The translations under genes were made by a program, and so were the position numbers. A DNA stretch of 64,000 bases from an uncultured Roseobacter sp. (GTDB lineage Bacteria; Pseudomonadota; Alphaproteobacteria; Rhodobacterales; Rhodobacteraceae), in the NCBI RefSeq assembly GCF_947499265.1, contig NZ_CANMNK010000005.1, positions 244,173 through 308,172 on the forward strand. Direction: 5' to 3'. Numbering within the stretch: the stretch's first letter is position 1; every line of letters begins with the position of its first letter. The notes beneath the pieces are model-generated. The model was not told where the DNA came from and searched no databases. It was given only the letters and a program-made list of their open reading frames with translations. This document shows, piece by piece, positions 9,677 through 19,059 of this stretch.

Positions 9677-10281
9677 ATCAGCGTCTCCGCTCTGGCCAGG
9701 TCCTCGGGTGTATTTACATTGAAAAACGGATCAAAGCCGGAGACGGGAAAGAGAGCCTCGCCCGCCTTGTGTTTGTCTGTCCAGATCACCACTTTGCGCA
9801 ACCCGTCCTGCAAGGCGGCCCGCAGGTCCTCCCGCAGGGCCACCGGCCAGAGGCCAAACGTCGGGTGTCGGACACGACCACGATCAGGGTCAGGCGTGGC
9901 CGCAAGCGCAAGGGGATGGCGCATCCCGTCAGCCGCCAGCAAAAGCTGCGGCACCAGATCGCCCGGGAAAAAAGGTGTGTCCGCCGCTGCCGTGACAATT
10001 GTATCCGCGCCGCGCGCTGCCGCCCAGTCGAGCCCAGCCAGCACACCGGCAAGCGGGCCGGCAAAACCCTCGATGCTATCGGCCATAACCGGCAGGCCAA
10101 AGCCTGCGAAGCGCGCGGGATCACCATTGGCGTTCAGGGCCAAACCCGCAACCTGCGGGGCAAGGCGATCGATCACGCGGGCGAGCAGCGTCTGCCCCTT
10201 GAGGTGCAAAAGCCCCTTGTCGCCACCGCCCATCCGCGTGGCCTGCCCACCCGCGAGGATCACACCCAATGGCTGTTTCAT
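9673..10281 (-). CDS. mobA: Molybdenum cofactor guanylyltransferase MobA
   Basis: GVILAGGQATRMGGGDKGLLHLKG N-terminal signature, 202 aa. ATGA overlap with fdhD. Confidence 0.9.
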   Translation of the reverse strand: MKQPLGVILAGGQATRMGGGDKGLLHLKGQTLLARVIDRLAPQVAGLALNANGDPARFAGFGLPVMADSIEGFAGPLAGVLAGLDWAAARGADTIVTAAADTPFFPGDLVPQLLLAADGMRHPLALAATPDPDRGRVRHPTFGLWPVALREDLRAALQDGLRKVVIWTDKHKAGEALFPVSGFDPFFNVNTPEDLARAETLI

Positions 10282-11165
10282 TCCGCGCCTTTCCGGCCTG
10301 CGTGCCGGGGTTCTTGCGGCACTGTCGAGGGGTCCGTGTCACGGAGCAGGCGGTCTTCTCCGGACAGGCACAAAAACCGTTGCCCCTTCATGCGACCAAT
10401 CAGGGTCAGCCCGACCTGTTGCGCGATCTCAACGCCCCAGGCGGTGAACCCGGAGCGTGATGCAAGCACCGGAATGCCCATCATCGCGGTCTTGATCACC
10501 ATCTCCGACGTCAGGCGGCCCGTCGTGTAGAGGAGCTTATCCGCTGCGGGAACGCCTTCGGCCAGCATCCACCCGGCGATCTTGTCCACCGCGTTATGGC
10601 GGCCGACATCTTCCATATAAACCAACGGCTTATCCTCATGACACAGAACCGTACCATGGATCGCCCCCGCTTCGAGATAGAGTGACGGTGTGCGGTTTAT
10701 CTTGGCACTCAGCGCATAGAGCCATGAGGTTTTCACCGGTGAGGGCGGCAGGCTGACCCCTTCCAGCCCGGCCATCATGTCTCCGAATACCGTACCCACA
10801 GCGCAGCCGCTGGTCCGGGTTTTCTTGCGCATTTTTTCCTCGTAGTCGGTCTTGCGCGCGGTGCGGACAACGACGGTTTCCAACTCCTCGTCATAGTCCA
10901 CGCCGGTGATCTCATCGGAGGCGCGCAACATCCCCTGATTGCGCAAAAATCCCAAGGCCAGGTAGTCGGGATAGTCGCCAATCGTCATGGCTGTCACAAT
11001 CTCCTGCCCGTTCAGGAAAATCGTCAACGGTCGCTCTTCCACCACATTCGTCTGAATGCGCGTGCCCTCATGGTCGAACCCCGCCACCGTCCGCGTCAGC
11101 CTAGGCGCGCGCGGATCGGGGGCGATCAGATACTCGCTGGTGGTATCCAGTTTGGCCAATTGCAT
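10278..11165 (-). CDS. fdhD: Formate dehydrogenase accessory sulfurtransferase FdhD
   Basis: EDVGRHNAVDKIAGWM hallmark, 295 aa. First gene of the overlapping fdhD-mobA-mobB-moeA operon. Confidence 0.88.
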   Translation of the reverse strand: MQLAKLDTTSEYLIAPDPRAPRLTRTVAGFDHEGTRIQTNVVEERPLTIFLNGQEIVTAMTIGDYPDYLALGFLRNQGMLRASDEITGVDYDEELETVVVRTARKTDYEEKMRKKTRTSGCAVGTVFGDMMAGLEGVSLPPSPVKTSWLYALSAKINRTPSLYLEAGAIHGTVLCHEDKPLVYMEDVGRHNAVDKIAGWMLAEGVPAADKLLYTTGRLTSEMVIKTAMMGIPVLASRSGFTAWGVEIAQQVGLTLIGRMKGQRFLCLSGEDRLLRDTDPSTVPQEPRHAGRKGAE

Positions 11166-11212
11166 CCTCTTTTCGGTTGGGGTACCGGTTGGGGCAACTG
11201 TAGAAGCATCTT

Positions 11213-11944
11213 ATGCCCTCCACCACACCGAAAAAACGCACCAGGGCCGGGGCCTTTTGGAAAGGCGCTGCAGATGGCGCACCCTTCCTGCTGGTCGTCG
11301 CGCCTTTTGCGATGTTGTTTGGCGTTCTGGCAACAGAAGCCGGATTGGATGTGTTGGAAACACTGATGTTTTCCGCCGTTGTCTTTGCCGGTGCGGCACA
11401 GTTCACCGCCTTGCAGCTGATGCAGGAAAACGCCCCAACCGCCATCGTTCTGGCATCCGCCCTGGCGGTGAACCTGCGGGTGGCGATGTATTCCGCCTCG
11501 CTGACCCCGTGGATCGGTGCTGCCCCGCTCTGGCAACGCGCGATTGCGGCCTATTTCACCGTGGATCAGTCCTACGCCTGTTCGGTCGTACAATTCGAGA
11601 AAGAGCCGCAAATGACCGTGCCGCAGCGCATGGCCTATTTTTCCGGCGTTCTCAGCCCCATCGTGCCCACATGGTACATCAGCACCCTGTTCGGCGCCTT
11701 GGTCGGCACACAGGTGCCGGACACCTGGGCCTTGGATTTTGCGCTGCCGATCACTTTTCTGGCGCTGGTTGCGCCGATGCTGCGGACACCGGCGCATGTG
11801 ATCGCGGCGGTGGTCGCCATCATCACCAGCCTGCTGACCGCCTGGGTACCCTATTCGCTGGGGCTCATCATCGCGGGCACATTGGGCATGATGGCCGGTG
11901 CGCAGACCGAACTCGTGCTTGAGCGCAGAAAGGCCAATGCATGA
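11213..11944 (+). CDS. azlC: AzlC-family branched-chain amino acid exporter subunit
   Basis: 243-aa polytopic protein. The N-terminus FWKGAADGAPFLLVVAPFAMLFGVLATEAGL is typical of AzlC. The small AzlD partner follows. Confidence 0.8.
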   Translation: MPSTTPKKRTRAGAFWKGAADGAPFLLVVAPFAMLFGVLATEAGLDVLETLMFSAVVFAGAAQFTALQLMQENAPTAIVLASALAVNLRVAMYSASLTPWIGAAPLWQRAIAAYFTVDQSYACSVVQFEKEPQMTVPQRMAYFSGVLSPIVPTWYISTLFGALVGTQVPDTWALDFALPITFLALVAPMLRTPAHVIAAVVAIITSLLTAWVPYSLGLIIAGTLGMMAGAQTELVLERRKANA

Positions 11945-12267
11945 TCGACAAACCCGAACTCTGGACCGTGATTATTGGCCTCGGGATCGGCAGCTATGCG
12001 CTGCGATTTGCCTTCCTCGGGATCGTGGGGGACCGCCCGATGCCGCCTTGGCTGCTGCGTCATTTACGTTACACGGCGGTGGCAATGCTGCCCGCGCTGG
12101 TTGCCCCGCAGGTCGTCTGGCCAGCCGCCACAGATGGCGCCGCTGACCTGCCGCGCATGTCCGCAGCAACAGTGACCCTGGTGGTCGGGTTGCTGACAAA
12201 AAGCGTGTTGACTGCGGTATTTTCGGGCGCTGCCACGCTCTTTGGCCTGCTGTACCTTTTAGGCTGA
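11941..12267 (+). CDS. azlD: AzlD-family small membrane protein
   Basis: 108 aa with about 4 hydrophobic helices. ATGA overlap with azlC, the canonical azlCD pair. Confidence 0.75.
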   Translation: MIDKPELWTVIIGLGIGSYALRFAFLGIVGDRPMPPWLLRHLRYTAVAMLPALVAPQVVWPAATDGAADLPRMSAATVTLVVGLLTKSVLTAVFSGAATLFGLLYLLG

Positions 12268-12276
12268 TGGCACAGC

Positions 12277-12876
12277 CTAGCCCTGTGCCGCGACAATCCC
12301 GTCACGCACTTCACCCTCGTCATTCTCGTAATACCTGTCCGTCACGACACCAGAGCGTTGTTCAAGCTGTTCCATCAACCGGATCGGAAAGAATGTGCTG
12401 TCGACGTCTTCAAAACCGGGCACCTGTTGCAGAATTGACGACGTCGCACTGGTACAGAACGCCCCCGGCACGCCGCCATTGCTGCGCACCAGTTGCAAAG
12501 CACGCTCCGCCTGTTCCGGGGTCACCACAAATTCCTGACTGACCACATGGTAGGTGCTGCGCGCGTGGGCGCTTTTATAGGCCTGCACCCAGCCCGGTGA
12601 GATGCCATAAAGCACATCACCACGCTCCGGCACATCCGCGTGATAGAAGGATCCCGCCGGATCAAAGATGACACGCTGTGATCCGGACACCATCAAGGCC
12701 GTGTGACCACCCGACCCGGACCGGTTGTTGACCATGGTAAAAACGGTCAACTTGGGCGGACCCTCATCGACATAGGCGCTTGCGGCAATCTTTTCCTGCG
12801 AGGCTTCAAAAGGCGATGTAATCGCGCAACCCGTCAAAGCCGCGAAAACCGCCAGCATCATTAATGCGCGCATCAT
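12277..12876 (-). CDS. Hypothetical lipoprotein
   Basis: Lipobox MMRALMMLAVFAALTGC. 199 aa. No family recognised. Confidence 0.65.
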   Translation of the reverse strand: MMRALMMLAVFAALTGCAITSPFEASQEKIAASAYVDEGPPKLTVFTMVNNRSGSGGHTALMVSGSQRVIFDPAGSFYHADVPERGDVLYGISPGWVQAYKSAHARSTYHVVSQEFVVTPEQAERALQLVRSNGGVPGAFCTSATSSILQQVPGFEDVDSTFFPIRLMEQLEQRSGVVTDRYYENDEGEVRDGIVAAQG

Positions 12877-12897
12877 GCGGCTCCCAAAAACACGGGT

Positions 12898-13032
12898 TCA
12901 GGTGATGAAAATCGCCATCCAAACAATAATCACAATGATCGCAATCACGATCCGGGTGGTCCAACGCATGAACCCGTCAAATGTCTTTTCTTGAGTGGTG
13001 ACGTTCATCTCACCGTGTTTGTGATCTGCCAT
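12898..13032 (-). CDS. Small membrane protein resembling aa3-type cytochrome c oxidase subunit IV (prokaryotic COX4 family)
   Basis: My own translation, since it is below the ORF-track cut-off: MADHKHGEMNVTTQEKTFDGFMRWTTRIVIAIIVIIVWMAIFIT (44 aa). The MADHKHGEM..TTQEKTF.GF head followed by one TM helix is the pattern of this family as I remember it. Confidence 0.6.
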   Translation of the reverse strand: MADHKHGEMNVTTQEKTFDGFMRWTTRIVIAIIVIIVWMAIFIT

Positions 13033-13212
13033 TGCCGCAGCCCTTTTTAGTGGTGTTGCCGTCAGCCCTACTGGATTCGTCCACCGATGTCACCCATCCC
13101 CGAACCTTCTGCGGTGAAATCACAGATCACAGCGCCAACATCCGCGCGTCTCTGCCAAAGGCAGAGCGCGTGGGCATGTCGTGCGGCGCAGCCGCTCCGC
13201 TCAACAGATGTT

Positions 13213-13674
13213 TCAGGCGCTGTCTTCGATGTCCTGCGCCAGCCGAAACCCAATCCGGCGCGCTTCGGCCTTCTCTTCCGGCTTGGGCAAGGCCCGCAGC
13301 ATCACGTTCAACTGGCTCACATGCTGGATCAGCTGCGTTTTGCCACCCGCCCCGTCCGAGCCGTAAAACGTTACGATATCGGGATCGAAATACCCCATAC
13401 CCTCGATCCGCAGAACGCCGACATCGCCGCCGGTGAACCCCATCGCAACCTCATGCGAATTGTCCAGCTGCTCTTCGAAATGCTTGAGATAGAGGATGAT
13501 GCGTTCATAGGCCCATTGCGCCGGTGATTTTTGTGCCGCGGGTTTCGATTTTATAGCATCCGGCAAATCTGTGGCTTTGGGGGCCGGCGTATCGGGGTCG
13601 CAATGCACCTCGTGGACCCGCGGCAAGGCGTCCGCTTCGATGGCTTCGGCTGCGGTTGCGATGTTTTCGCCCAT
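13213..13674 (-). CDS. Conserved hypothetical protein
   Basis: 153-aa ORF 3 nt downstream of the MBL gene on the same strand, with codon usage like its neighbours. It resembles a DUF-type family I recall in Rhodobacterales, but I cannot verify this. Confidence 0.6.
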   Translation of the reverse strand: MGENIATAAEAIEADALPRVHEVHCDPDTPAPKATDLPDAIKSKPAAQKSPAQWAYERIILYLKHFEEQLDNSHEVAMGFTGGDVGVLRIEGMGYFDPDIVTFYGSDGAGGKTQLIQHVSQLNVMLRALPKPEEKAEARRIGFRLAQDIEDSA

Positions 13675-13677
13675 GGT

Positions 13678-14724
13678 TCATCCTTTGCGTTGGTAGACCC
13701 AAGCACCATCTTCGCGTCTGGACCGCATGGCAAGCCCATCCTGATACAGATGGCTCAAATGAGCCACAGCCTCCACCAGCGCCAACCCGTATTCCCCCGG
13801 CCCAATCGTGCGCTTGAAAAGCGGTGCAAAGCATTCCGCGGCCGATTTCGGCGTGTCCAGATAGGCCAGCAACCGTTTCAGCGCTCCGTGATGGTTATCA
13901 ATCAACTGCCGCATCCGCATCGGCAGTCCGGTAAAGGGTAACTTGTGCCCCCCCAGCACCAGGTGATCGGGTCGCGCCAACGTCGACAGCCGCCCGCAGG
14001 CCTCCAGCCACTCCGCAATCGGGTCGGCCATCGGTTCGGTCGCATAGACGCCGATGTTGGGGCTGATCGATGGCAATATCTGATCCCCGGCCAGCACCAG
14101 ATTGTCGTCCCGGCTCCAGAAGGTTGCGTGTTCTGGTGCGTGGCCGTTGCCAATGTGAACATCCCACAGACGGCCACCCATCTTGAGAGTGTCCCCCTGC
14201 TTGATGCGGGTAAACCCAAGCGGCAGCTGCGTGACAACGTCCGAAAAGTTAAAAGGCCGCTCTTGTGCCCGTTGCGCGTAGATCTCGGCATCCATGCCCG
14301 CCGACCGATAGAAGGCCAGGTTTTCCGCAGAGGGCACGGCTTGTTCATCCAAGGTCAGCATCCGCGCCATCAGCCACGCCGTCCGCGTAGTGATCAGCTC
14401 CGCACCATGCTCCGACTGCAGCCACCCAGCCAGACCGATGTGATCGGGGTGGTGATGCGTCACGACAACCCGGCCAATGGGTTTGCCCTGCAACGGTCCG
14501 GCCATCAGCTGCTGCCAGATCGCCTTGCTGCGGTTGGACGCAAAGCCGCTGTCGATAACCGTCCAGCTATCGCCGTCATCCAGCGCATAGACATTCACAT
14601 GGTCGAGCTTCATCGGCAGCGGCAGACGCATCCACAAGACGCCCGTTGCGACCTCAATCGCCGCGCCTTCCGACGGGGGGTCTTCCCAAGGGTAGCGCAA
14701 TCCCTCTGGCGGTTGATCTTTCAT
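13678..14724 (-). CDS. MBL-fold metallo-hydrolase
   Basis: Metal-binding motif VVTHHHPDHIGLAGW. 348 aa. The start overlaps the stop of the upstream acyl-CoA dehydrogenase by 1 nt. Confidence 0.85.
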   Translation of the reverse strand: MKDQPPEGLRYPWEDPPSEGAAIEVATGVLWMRLPLPMKLDHVNVYALDDGDSWTVIDSGFASNRSKAIWQQLMAGPLQGKPIGRVVVTHHHPDHIGLAGWLQSEHGAELITTRTAWLMARMLTLDEQAVPSAENLAFYRSAGMDAEIYAQRAQERPFNFSDVVTQLPLGFTRIKQGDTLKMGGRLWDVHIGNGHAPEHATFWSRDDNLVLAGDQILPSISPNIGVYATEPMADPIAEWLEACGRLSTLARPDHLVLGGHKLPFTGLPMRMRQLIDNHHGALKRLLAYLDTPKSAAECFAPLFKRTIGPGEYGLALVEAVAHLSHLYQDGLAMRSRREDGAWVYQRKG

Positions 14725-16439
14725 CAGGCCGCCAAATCATCTGCGCTGAGCGCATAGAGGTCTTCCGCACCTGCCTGCGCCTGCGCCAGCAGCCCTGCGT
14801 GCTCAGGCAACAGTCGTTTAATGTAGAACCGCGCCAATGCTTCGCGTTTGCCCCCCTGATCCGCCAGCGCCGCCTTGAGGTGCAGATACCCGCCCATCAC
14901 CCGTGCAAAAGCCCGCAGGTAAGGCACCGCACCGGCAAAACGGGTGGTCATGTCCTGCTGCGCCGCCATCCATTCGGTTACTTCTCGCAGAGTTTCCGTG
15001 GCTTGCCAAACCGGTTCTGCCAGATCGGGCAGCGCCGCCCGGGCTTCTTCGGCGCAGGACTCGATCTCGTCCAGCAGTCGGGCGGCAGCATCGCCCCCAT
15101 CCATCATCTTGCGGGCAACAAGATCCATGGCCTGAACCCCGTTTGTCCCCTCGTAAATCGCGGTGACTCGCACGTCTCGGCTGAACTGAGCCGCCCCGGT
15201 CTCTTCGATGAACCCCATGCCGCCGTGCACTTGCACACCCATTTCGGCAACGGCAATGCCGGTATCGGTGCCAAAGGCCTTGGCAATCGGCGTCAGAAAC
15301 GCGGCACGGGCGCGCCAATCGGTATCGGAGGTTGCGTGTTCCATGTCGATCGCCATCGCACAGCTCAGCGCGATGGCCCGTGCGGCAAAAATATCGGCTT
15401 TCATGGTCATAAGCATGCGCCGCACATCTGCATGATCCATGATCGTGCCGGTGCCTGCCTCCAAAGTGCTGCGCCCCTGCTTGCGCTCCAGCGCATAGGC
15501 CAGCGCGTGCTGATAGGCCGCCTCGGCAACACCAATCCCCTGACCGCCGACACCCAGACGGGCGTTGTTCATCATCGTGAACATCGCTGCCATGCCGCCC
15601 TCTTCCGACCCGACCAGCCATCCAGTGGCCGCATCAAACTGCATAACTGCGGTTGGGGATCCGTGCAGGCCCAGCTTGTGCTCCAGGCTGACCACATTCA
15701 CACCATTGCGCGCGCCCAGGGTACCATCGGCGTTCGGGATGAATTTCGGCACGAGGAACAGGCTGATGCCCTTGGTCCCTGCAGGCGCGCCGGGGATGCG
15801 GGCCAGGACAAGATGACAGACGTTTTCGGCCACATCATGATCGCCCCAGCTGATGTAAATCTTCTGTCCGGTGACCGCAAACGTCCCATTGCCGTTGTTT
15901 TCAGCTTTGGTTGACAGCGCGCCGACATCGGAGCCCGCCTGTGGCTCCGTCAGGTTCATGGTGCCCGTCCAGTCGCCCGCTGTCAGCTTCGGCAGATAAA
16001 GCGCCTTGATGGCATCGCTCGCGTGATGCTCCAGCGCTTCAATCTGGCCCTGGCTCATCAAAGGGGCCAGTTGCAGCGACAAACACGCGCTGCTCATCAT
16101 TTCGTTCACCGCTGATGTTAGGGTCATCGGCAGGCCCATCCCGCCGTATTCCGGATCTGCGGCCATCCCGACCCAGCCGCCTTCGGCAATCGCGGCCCAA
16201 CCTTCTGCAAACCCGGGCGAGGTGCGCACAACGCCGTTTTCCAATCGCGCAGGGTGCAGATCACCGGCGCGTTGCAATGGCGCCAGCACCTCTTCGGTCA
16301 GCTTGCCCGCCTCCGTCAGGATCGCCCGCGTCACATCATCGGTCGCCTCAGCAAATCGATCTGTTGCGCGCAACCCGGCGTAGCCTACCACATGGTCAAA
16401 CAAGAAAGCATAGTCATCCACGGGCGCATGGTAAGGCAT
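14724..16439 (-). CDS. Long-form acyl-CoA dehydrogenase (N- and C-terminal extension type)
   Basis: About 571 aa from ATG 16439 (MPYHAPVDDYAFLFDHV...). Core ACAD segments are present (GTMNLTEPQAGSDV, VHGGMGFIEETGAAQFSRDVRVTAIYEGTNGVQ). Confidence 0.85.
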   Translation of the reverse strand: MPYHAPVDDYAFLFDHVVGYAGLRATDRFAEATDDVTRAILTEAGKLTEEVLAPLQRAGDLHPARLENGVVRTSPGFAEGWAAIAEGGWVGMAADPEYGGMGLPMTLTSAVNEMMSSACLSLQLAPLMSQGQIEALEHHASDAIKALYLPKLTAGDWTGTMNLTEPQAGSDVGALSTKAENNGNGTFAVTGQKIYISWGDHDVAENVCHLVLARIPGAPAGTKGISLFLVPKFIPNADGTLGARNGVNVVSLEHKLGLHGSPTAVMQFDAATGWLVGSEEGGMAAMFTMMNNARLGVGGQGIGVAEAAYQHALAYALERKQGRSTLEAGTGTIMDHADVRRMLMTMKADIFAARAIALSCAMAIDMEHATSDTDWRARAAFLTPIAKAFGTDTGIAVAEMGVQVHGGMGFIEETGAAQFSRDVRVTAIYEGTNGVQAMDLVARKMMDGGDAAARLLDEIESCAEEARAALPDLAEPVWQATETLREVTEWMAAQQDMTTRFAGAVPYLRAFARVMGGYLHLKAALADQGGKREALARFYIKRLLPEHAGLLAQAQAGAEDLYALSADDLAA

Positions 16440-16565
16440 CGGTCGGTCTCCGGTTGGCGGTGCGGCTGTCTTGGCAAGCAAGACACCACCCTATAAGGGT
16501 CTACGCCATTGAACATGTGCCGCATCGCCCCGCCCGGCAACCAAAACGCGGCGTCACGGAGCGTG

Positions 16566-17522
16566 ATGACTGAGACCTCACCTTTGATCCTGCAAGCCGA
16601 CGCAAGCGGCATTGCAACTGCGGCCGCACTTTTGACAAAAGGTGCACTTGTCGCCTTTCCAACCGAAACCGTCTATGGCCTTGGCGCAGATGCCCGTGAC
16701 GGGGGTGCCGTTGCCGCCATCTACGCCGCCAAGGAACGCCCCAGTTTCAACCCGCTCATCGTGCATGTTCCTGATGTGGCAACCGCGCGGCGCTATGTCG
16801 CGTGGCCGGAAACCGCAGATATTCTGGCGCAGGCATTTTGGCCCGGGCCGCTGACGCTGGTCCTGCCGCTGCTGCCGGATCATAGCCTGTCCTCACTGGT
16901 AACCGCTGGTCTGCCGACACTTGCCGTGCGCGTGCCTGCCCAAGCCTCGGCCAAGGCGTTGTTGGAAGCTTTCGGCGGGCCGGTTGCCGCGCCTTCTGCA
17001 AATCCATCAGGCAGGATCAGCCCGACCTCTGCAGACCACGTATTGCAGGGTCTGGGGGGGCGGGTCGCGGCCATCGTCGATGACGGGCCCTGCTCGGTTG
17101 GTGTAGAAAGCACGATCATCGGGTTGGATCCCGATCCGGTTCTGTTGCGAGCGGGTGGGCTGCCGTCTGAGGCCATCGAAGCCGCACTCGGCGGGCCGCT
17201 CCACACGATGGCTTCTCCAGCAGAGAACGAGCAGGTCACTGCACCCGGTCAATTGGTCTCGCATTACGCGCCTGCTGCGACTCTGAGGATGAACGCCCAG
17301 ACCGCCAGAGCGGGCGAGGTACTATTGGGGTTTGGGCCGATGACCTGCGATCTCAACCTTTCAGAGACTGGCGATTTGCATGAAGCAGCGGCAAACCTCT
17401 TTGACTGCCTGCATCAGTTGGACAGGTTGCAACGCCCCATCGCTGTTTCCCCGATCCCAACCCATGGTCTGGGTCGCGCGATCAATGACAGGTTGGCCCG
17501 CGCCGCCGCGCCGCGCCCATAG
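16566..17522 (+). CDS. L-threonylcarbamoyladenylate synthase (Sua5/YwlC/TsaC family, long form)
   Basis: GALVAFPTETVYGLGADA, KERPSFNPLIVHV, SANPSGRISPT. 318 aa from ATG 16566, including the Sua5 C-terminal domain. Confidence 0.88.
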   Translation: MTETSPLILQADASGIATAAALLTKGALVAFPTETVYGLGADARDGGAVAAIYAAKERPSFNPLIVHVPDVATARRYVAWPETADILAQAFWPGPLTLVLPLLPDHSLSSLVTAGLPTLAVRVPAQASAKALLEAFGGPVAAPSANPSGRISPTSADHVLQGLGGRVAAIVDDGPCSVGVESTIIGLDPDPVLLRAGGLPSEAIEAALGGPLHTMASPAENEQVTAPGQLVSHYAPAATLRMNAQTARAGEVLLGFGPMTCDLNLSETGDLHEAAANLFDCLHQLDRLQRPIAVSPIPTHGLGRAINDRLARAAAPRP

Positions 17523-17550
17523 CGGTCGCTGCATGGCTCTGGTTTTGAGC

Positions 17551-18135
17551 TCAAGCGTGCCCGGCAGTTGCGGAGAGGCCCAAGGGATCGATGCCCAGAC
17601 TTTTGATTGTATCTGACCACTTACGATCGGCAGGCGTGCCAAACACCAGCTTTTTCGTGGCATCCGCCGTCAGCCACCCATTACGCGCAATCTCGTTTTC
17701 CAACTGGCCCGGCCCCCAGCCAGCATAGCCCAGCATCATCAACGCCCGTTCCGGCCCGCTGTCACGCGCAATCTCTTCGAGAATATCCAGCGTCGCCGTC
17801 ATACCGTACCCGCCGGGCACAGACAGGGTATGCAGACTGGATTCGTAGTCGTCCGAATGCAGCACAAACCCACGCCCGGTCTCCACCGGTCCGCCAAAAT
17901 GCACCGGCATGGCCGCTGCCTTCTGGGTCGGTTGAATCTCCAACTGGTCAAGCACATCGCTCATCCGGACATCGGCGCTTTGCTTGTTCAGGATCAGCCC
18001 CATCGCGCCCTTGTCGGAATAGGCGCAGAGCAGGATCACCGCACGTTCAAAGTGGATATCGCCCATGGACGGCATCGCCACCAGAAGTGAACCGGTCAGA
18101 TCGAGCTTTTCAGACTGAGAAACAGCAGACGCCAT
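17551..18135 (-). CDS. YqgE/AlgH family protein (UPF0301)
   Basis: [39 protein letters not shown]... and [14 protein letters not shown] are characteristic. 194 aa. Confidence 0.85.
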   Translation of the reverse strand: MASAVSQSEKLDLTGSLLVAMPSMGDIHFERAVILLCAYSDKGAMGLILNKQSADVRMSDVLDQLEIQPTQKAAAMPVHFGGPVETGRGFVLHSDDYESSLHTLSVPGGYGMTATLDILEEIARDSGPERALMMLGYAGWGPGQLENEIARNGWLTADATKKLVFGTPADRKWSDTIKSLGIDPLGLSATAGHA

Positions 18136-18252
18136 GGGATCAGAATGGCCTGCTCACCCGGCTGGTGCAAGAGGGTTGCATGCCCGCTTGGCGAAACATG
18201 GCTAACCGGATCGTGACTTGGCATTTCAATGGCTCTGAACCATATCGGTGCT

Positions 18253-19059
18253 ATGAAAAGTTCATTTGCTGCCGCCGCCCTTGCCTGCCTCACTGCCCTG
18301 CCCGCCGCTGCGCAGGATCGCTTTGCGATTCCGGTGACGGCACAGGTGCTGCCTGGCTGGGTGCGGGACGACGGCGCGCGTGTGGCCGCGGTGCACATGT
18401 CGCTTGAGCCCGGCTGGAAAACCTATTGGCGCGCGCCCGGCGATGCCGGCATTCCGCCAAGCTTCGATTGGTCGGGGTCGCGCAACCTGCATTCCGTCGC
18501 CATAACCTGGCCAACCCCGCAAGTGTTTGATCAAAACGGGATGCGCTCTATCGGATACGAAGATGAATTGGTGATCCCCCTCGTTCTGGCGCCTACCGCC
18601 CCCGGTGAACCGATCCGCGTCAGATTGGATATGGAGATCGGCATCTGTTCGGACATCTGCATCCCGCACAGCCTGAATTTCGACGAAACGCTAGCAGGCG
18701 GCGGCAGCAAACCGACACCGGCCATTGCGGCGGCACTTGCGCAAAGCCCTTATTCGGCCCAAGAGGCCGGGGTCACGGCGGCGACCTGCCGGATTGAGCC
18801 AACCAAGGATGGCCTTCGGATCGAAGCGCGGGTAACAGCACCCTCTGCCGGCGCGCGCGAGGTGATGGTGATCGAACCCGGCCTCGGCGATGTCTGGGTC
18901 AGCGAGGCGCAAACCCACCGAACGGGCGGCGATGTCATTGCGGTTTCTGAAATGATCCACGTCGAAGGGGGCGCCATCGCCGTGGATCGCTCCGCCATTC
19001 GCCTGACGGTCCTGGGCAGCAGCCACGCGATTGACATTCGGGGGTGCAGCGCGGGCTAG
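18253..19059 (+). CDS. DsbD N-terminal-domain-like (thiol:disulfide interchange) periplasmic protein
   Basis: Signal peptide MKSSFAAAALACLTALPAAAQ, motif EPGWKTYWRAPGDAGIPPSFDW, and ICSDICIP cysteine pair. Confidence 0.7.
   Translation: MKSSFAAAALACLTALPAAAQDRFAIPVTAQVLPGWVRDDGARVAAVHMSLEPGWKTYWRAPGDAGIPPSFDWSGSRNLHSVAITWPTPQVFDQNGMRSIGYEDELVIPLVLAPTAPGEPIRVRLDMEIGICSDICIPHSLNFDETLAGGGSKPTPAIAAALAQSPYSAQEAGVTAATCRIEPTKDGLRIEARVTAPSAGAREVMVIEPGLGDVWVSEAQTHRTGGDVIAVSEMIHVEGGAIAVDRSAIRLTVLGSSHAIDIRGCSAG

Noticed and set aside
14724-16439. Naming the long acyl-CoA dehydrogenase as DmdC (methylmercaptopropionyl-CoA dehydrogenase of DMSP demethylation).
   Set aside because: The size and the N-terminal MPY..PV.DY.F motif are compatible with DmdC-like enzymes of roseobacters. 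The same architecture is shared by many paralogues, and no dmdA, dmdB or dmdD is adjacent. Substrate specificity cannot be read from the sequence.
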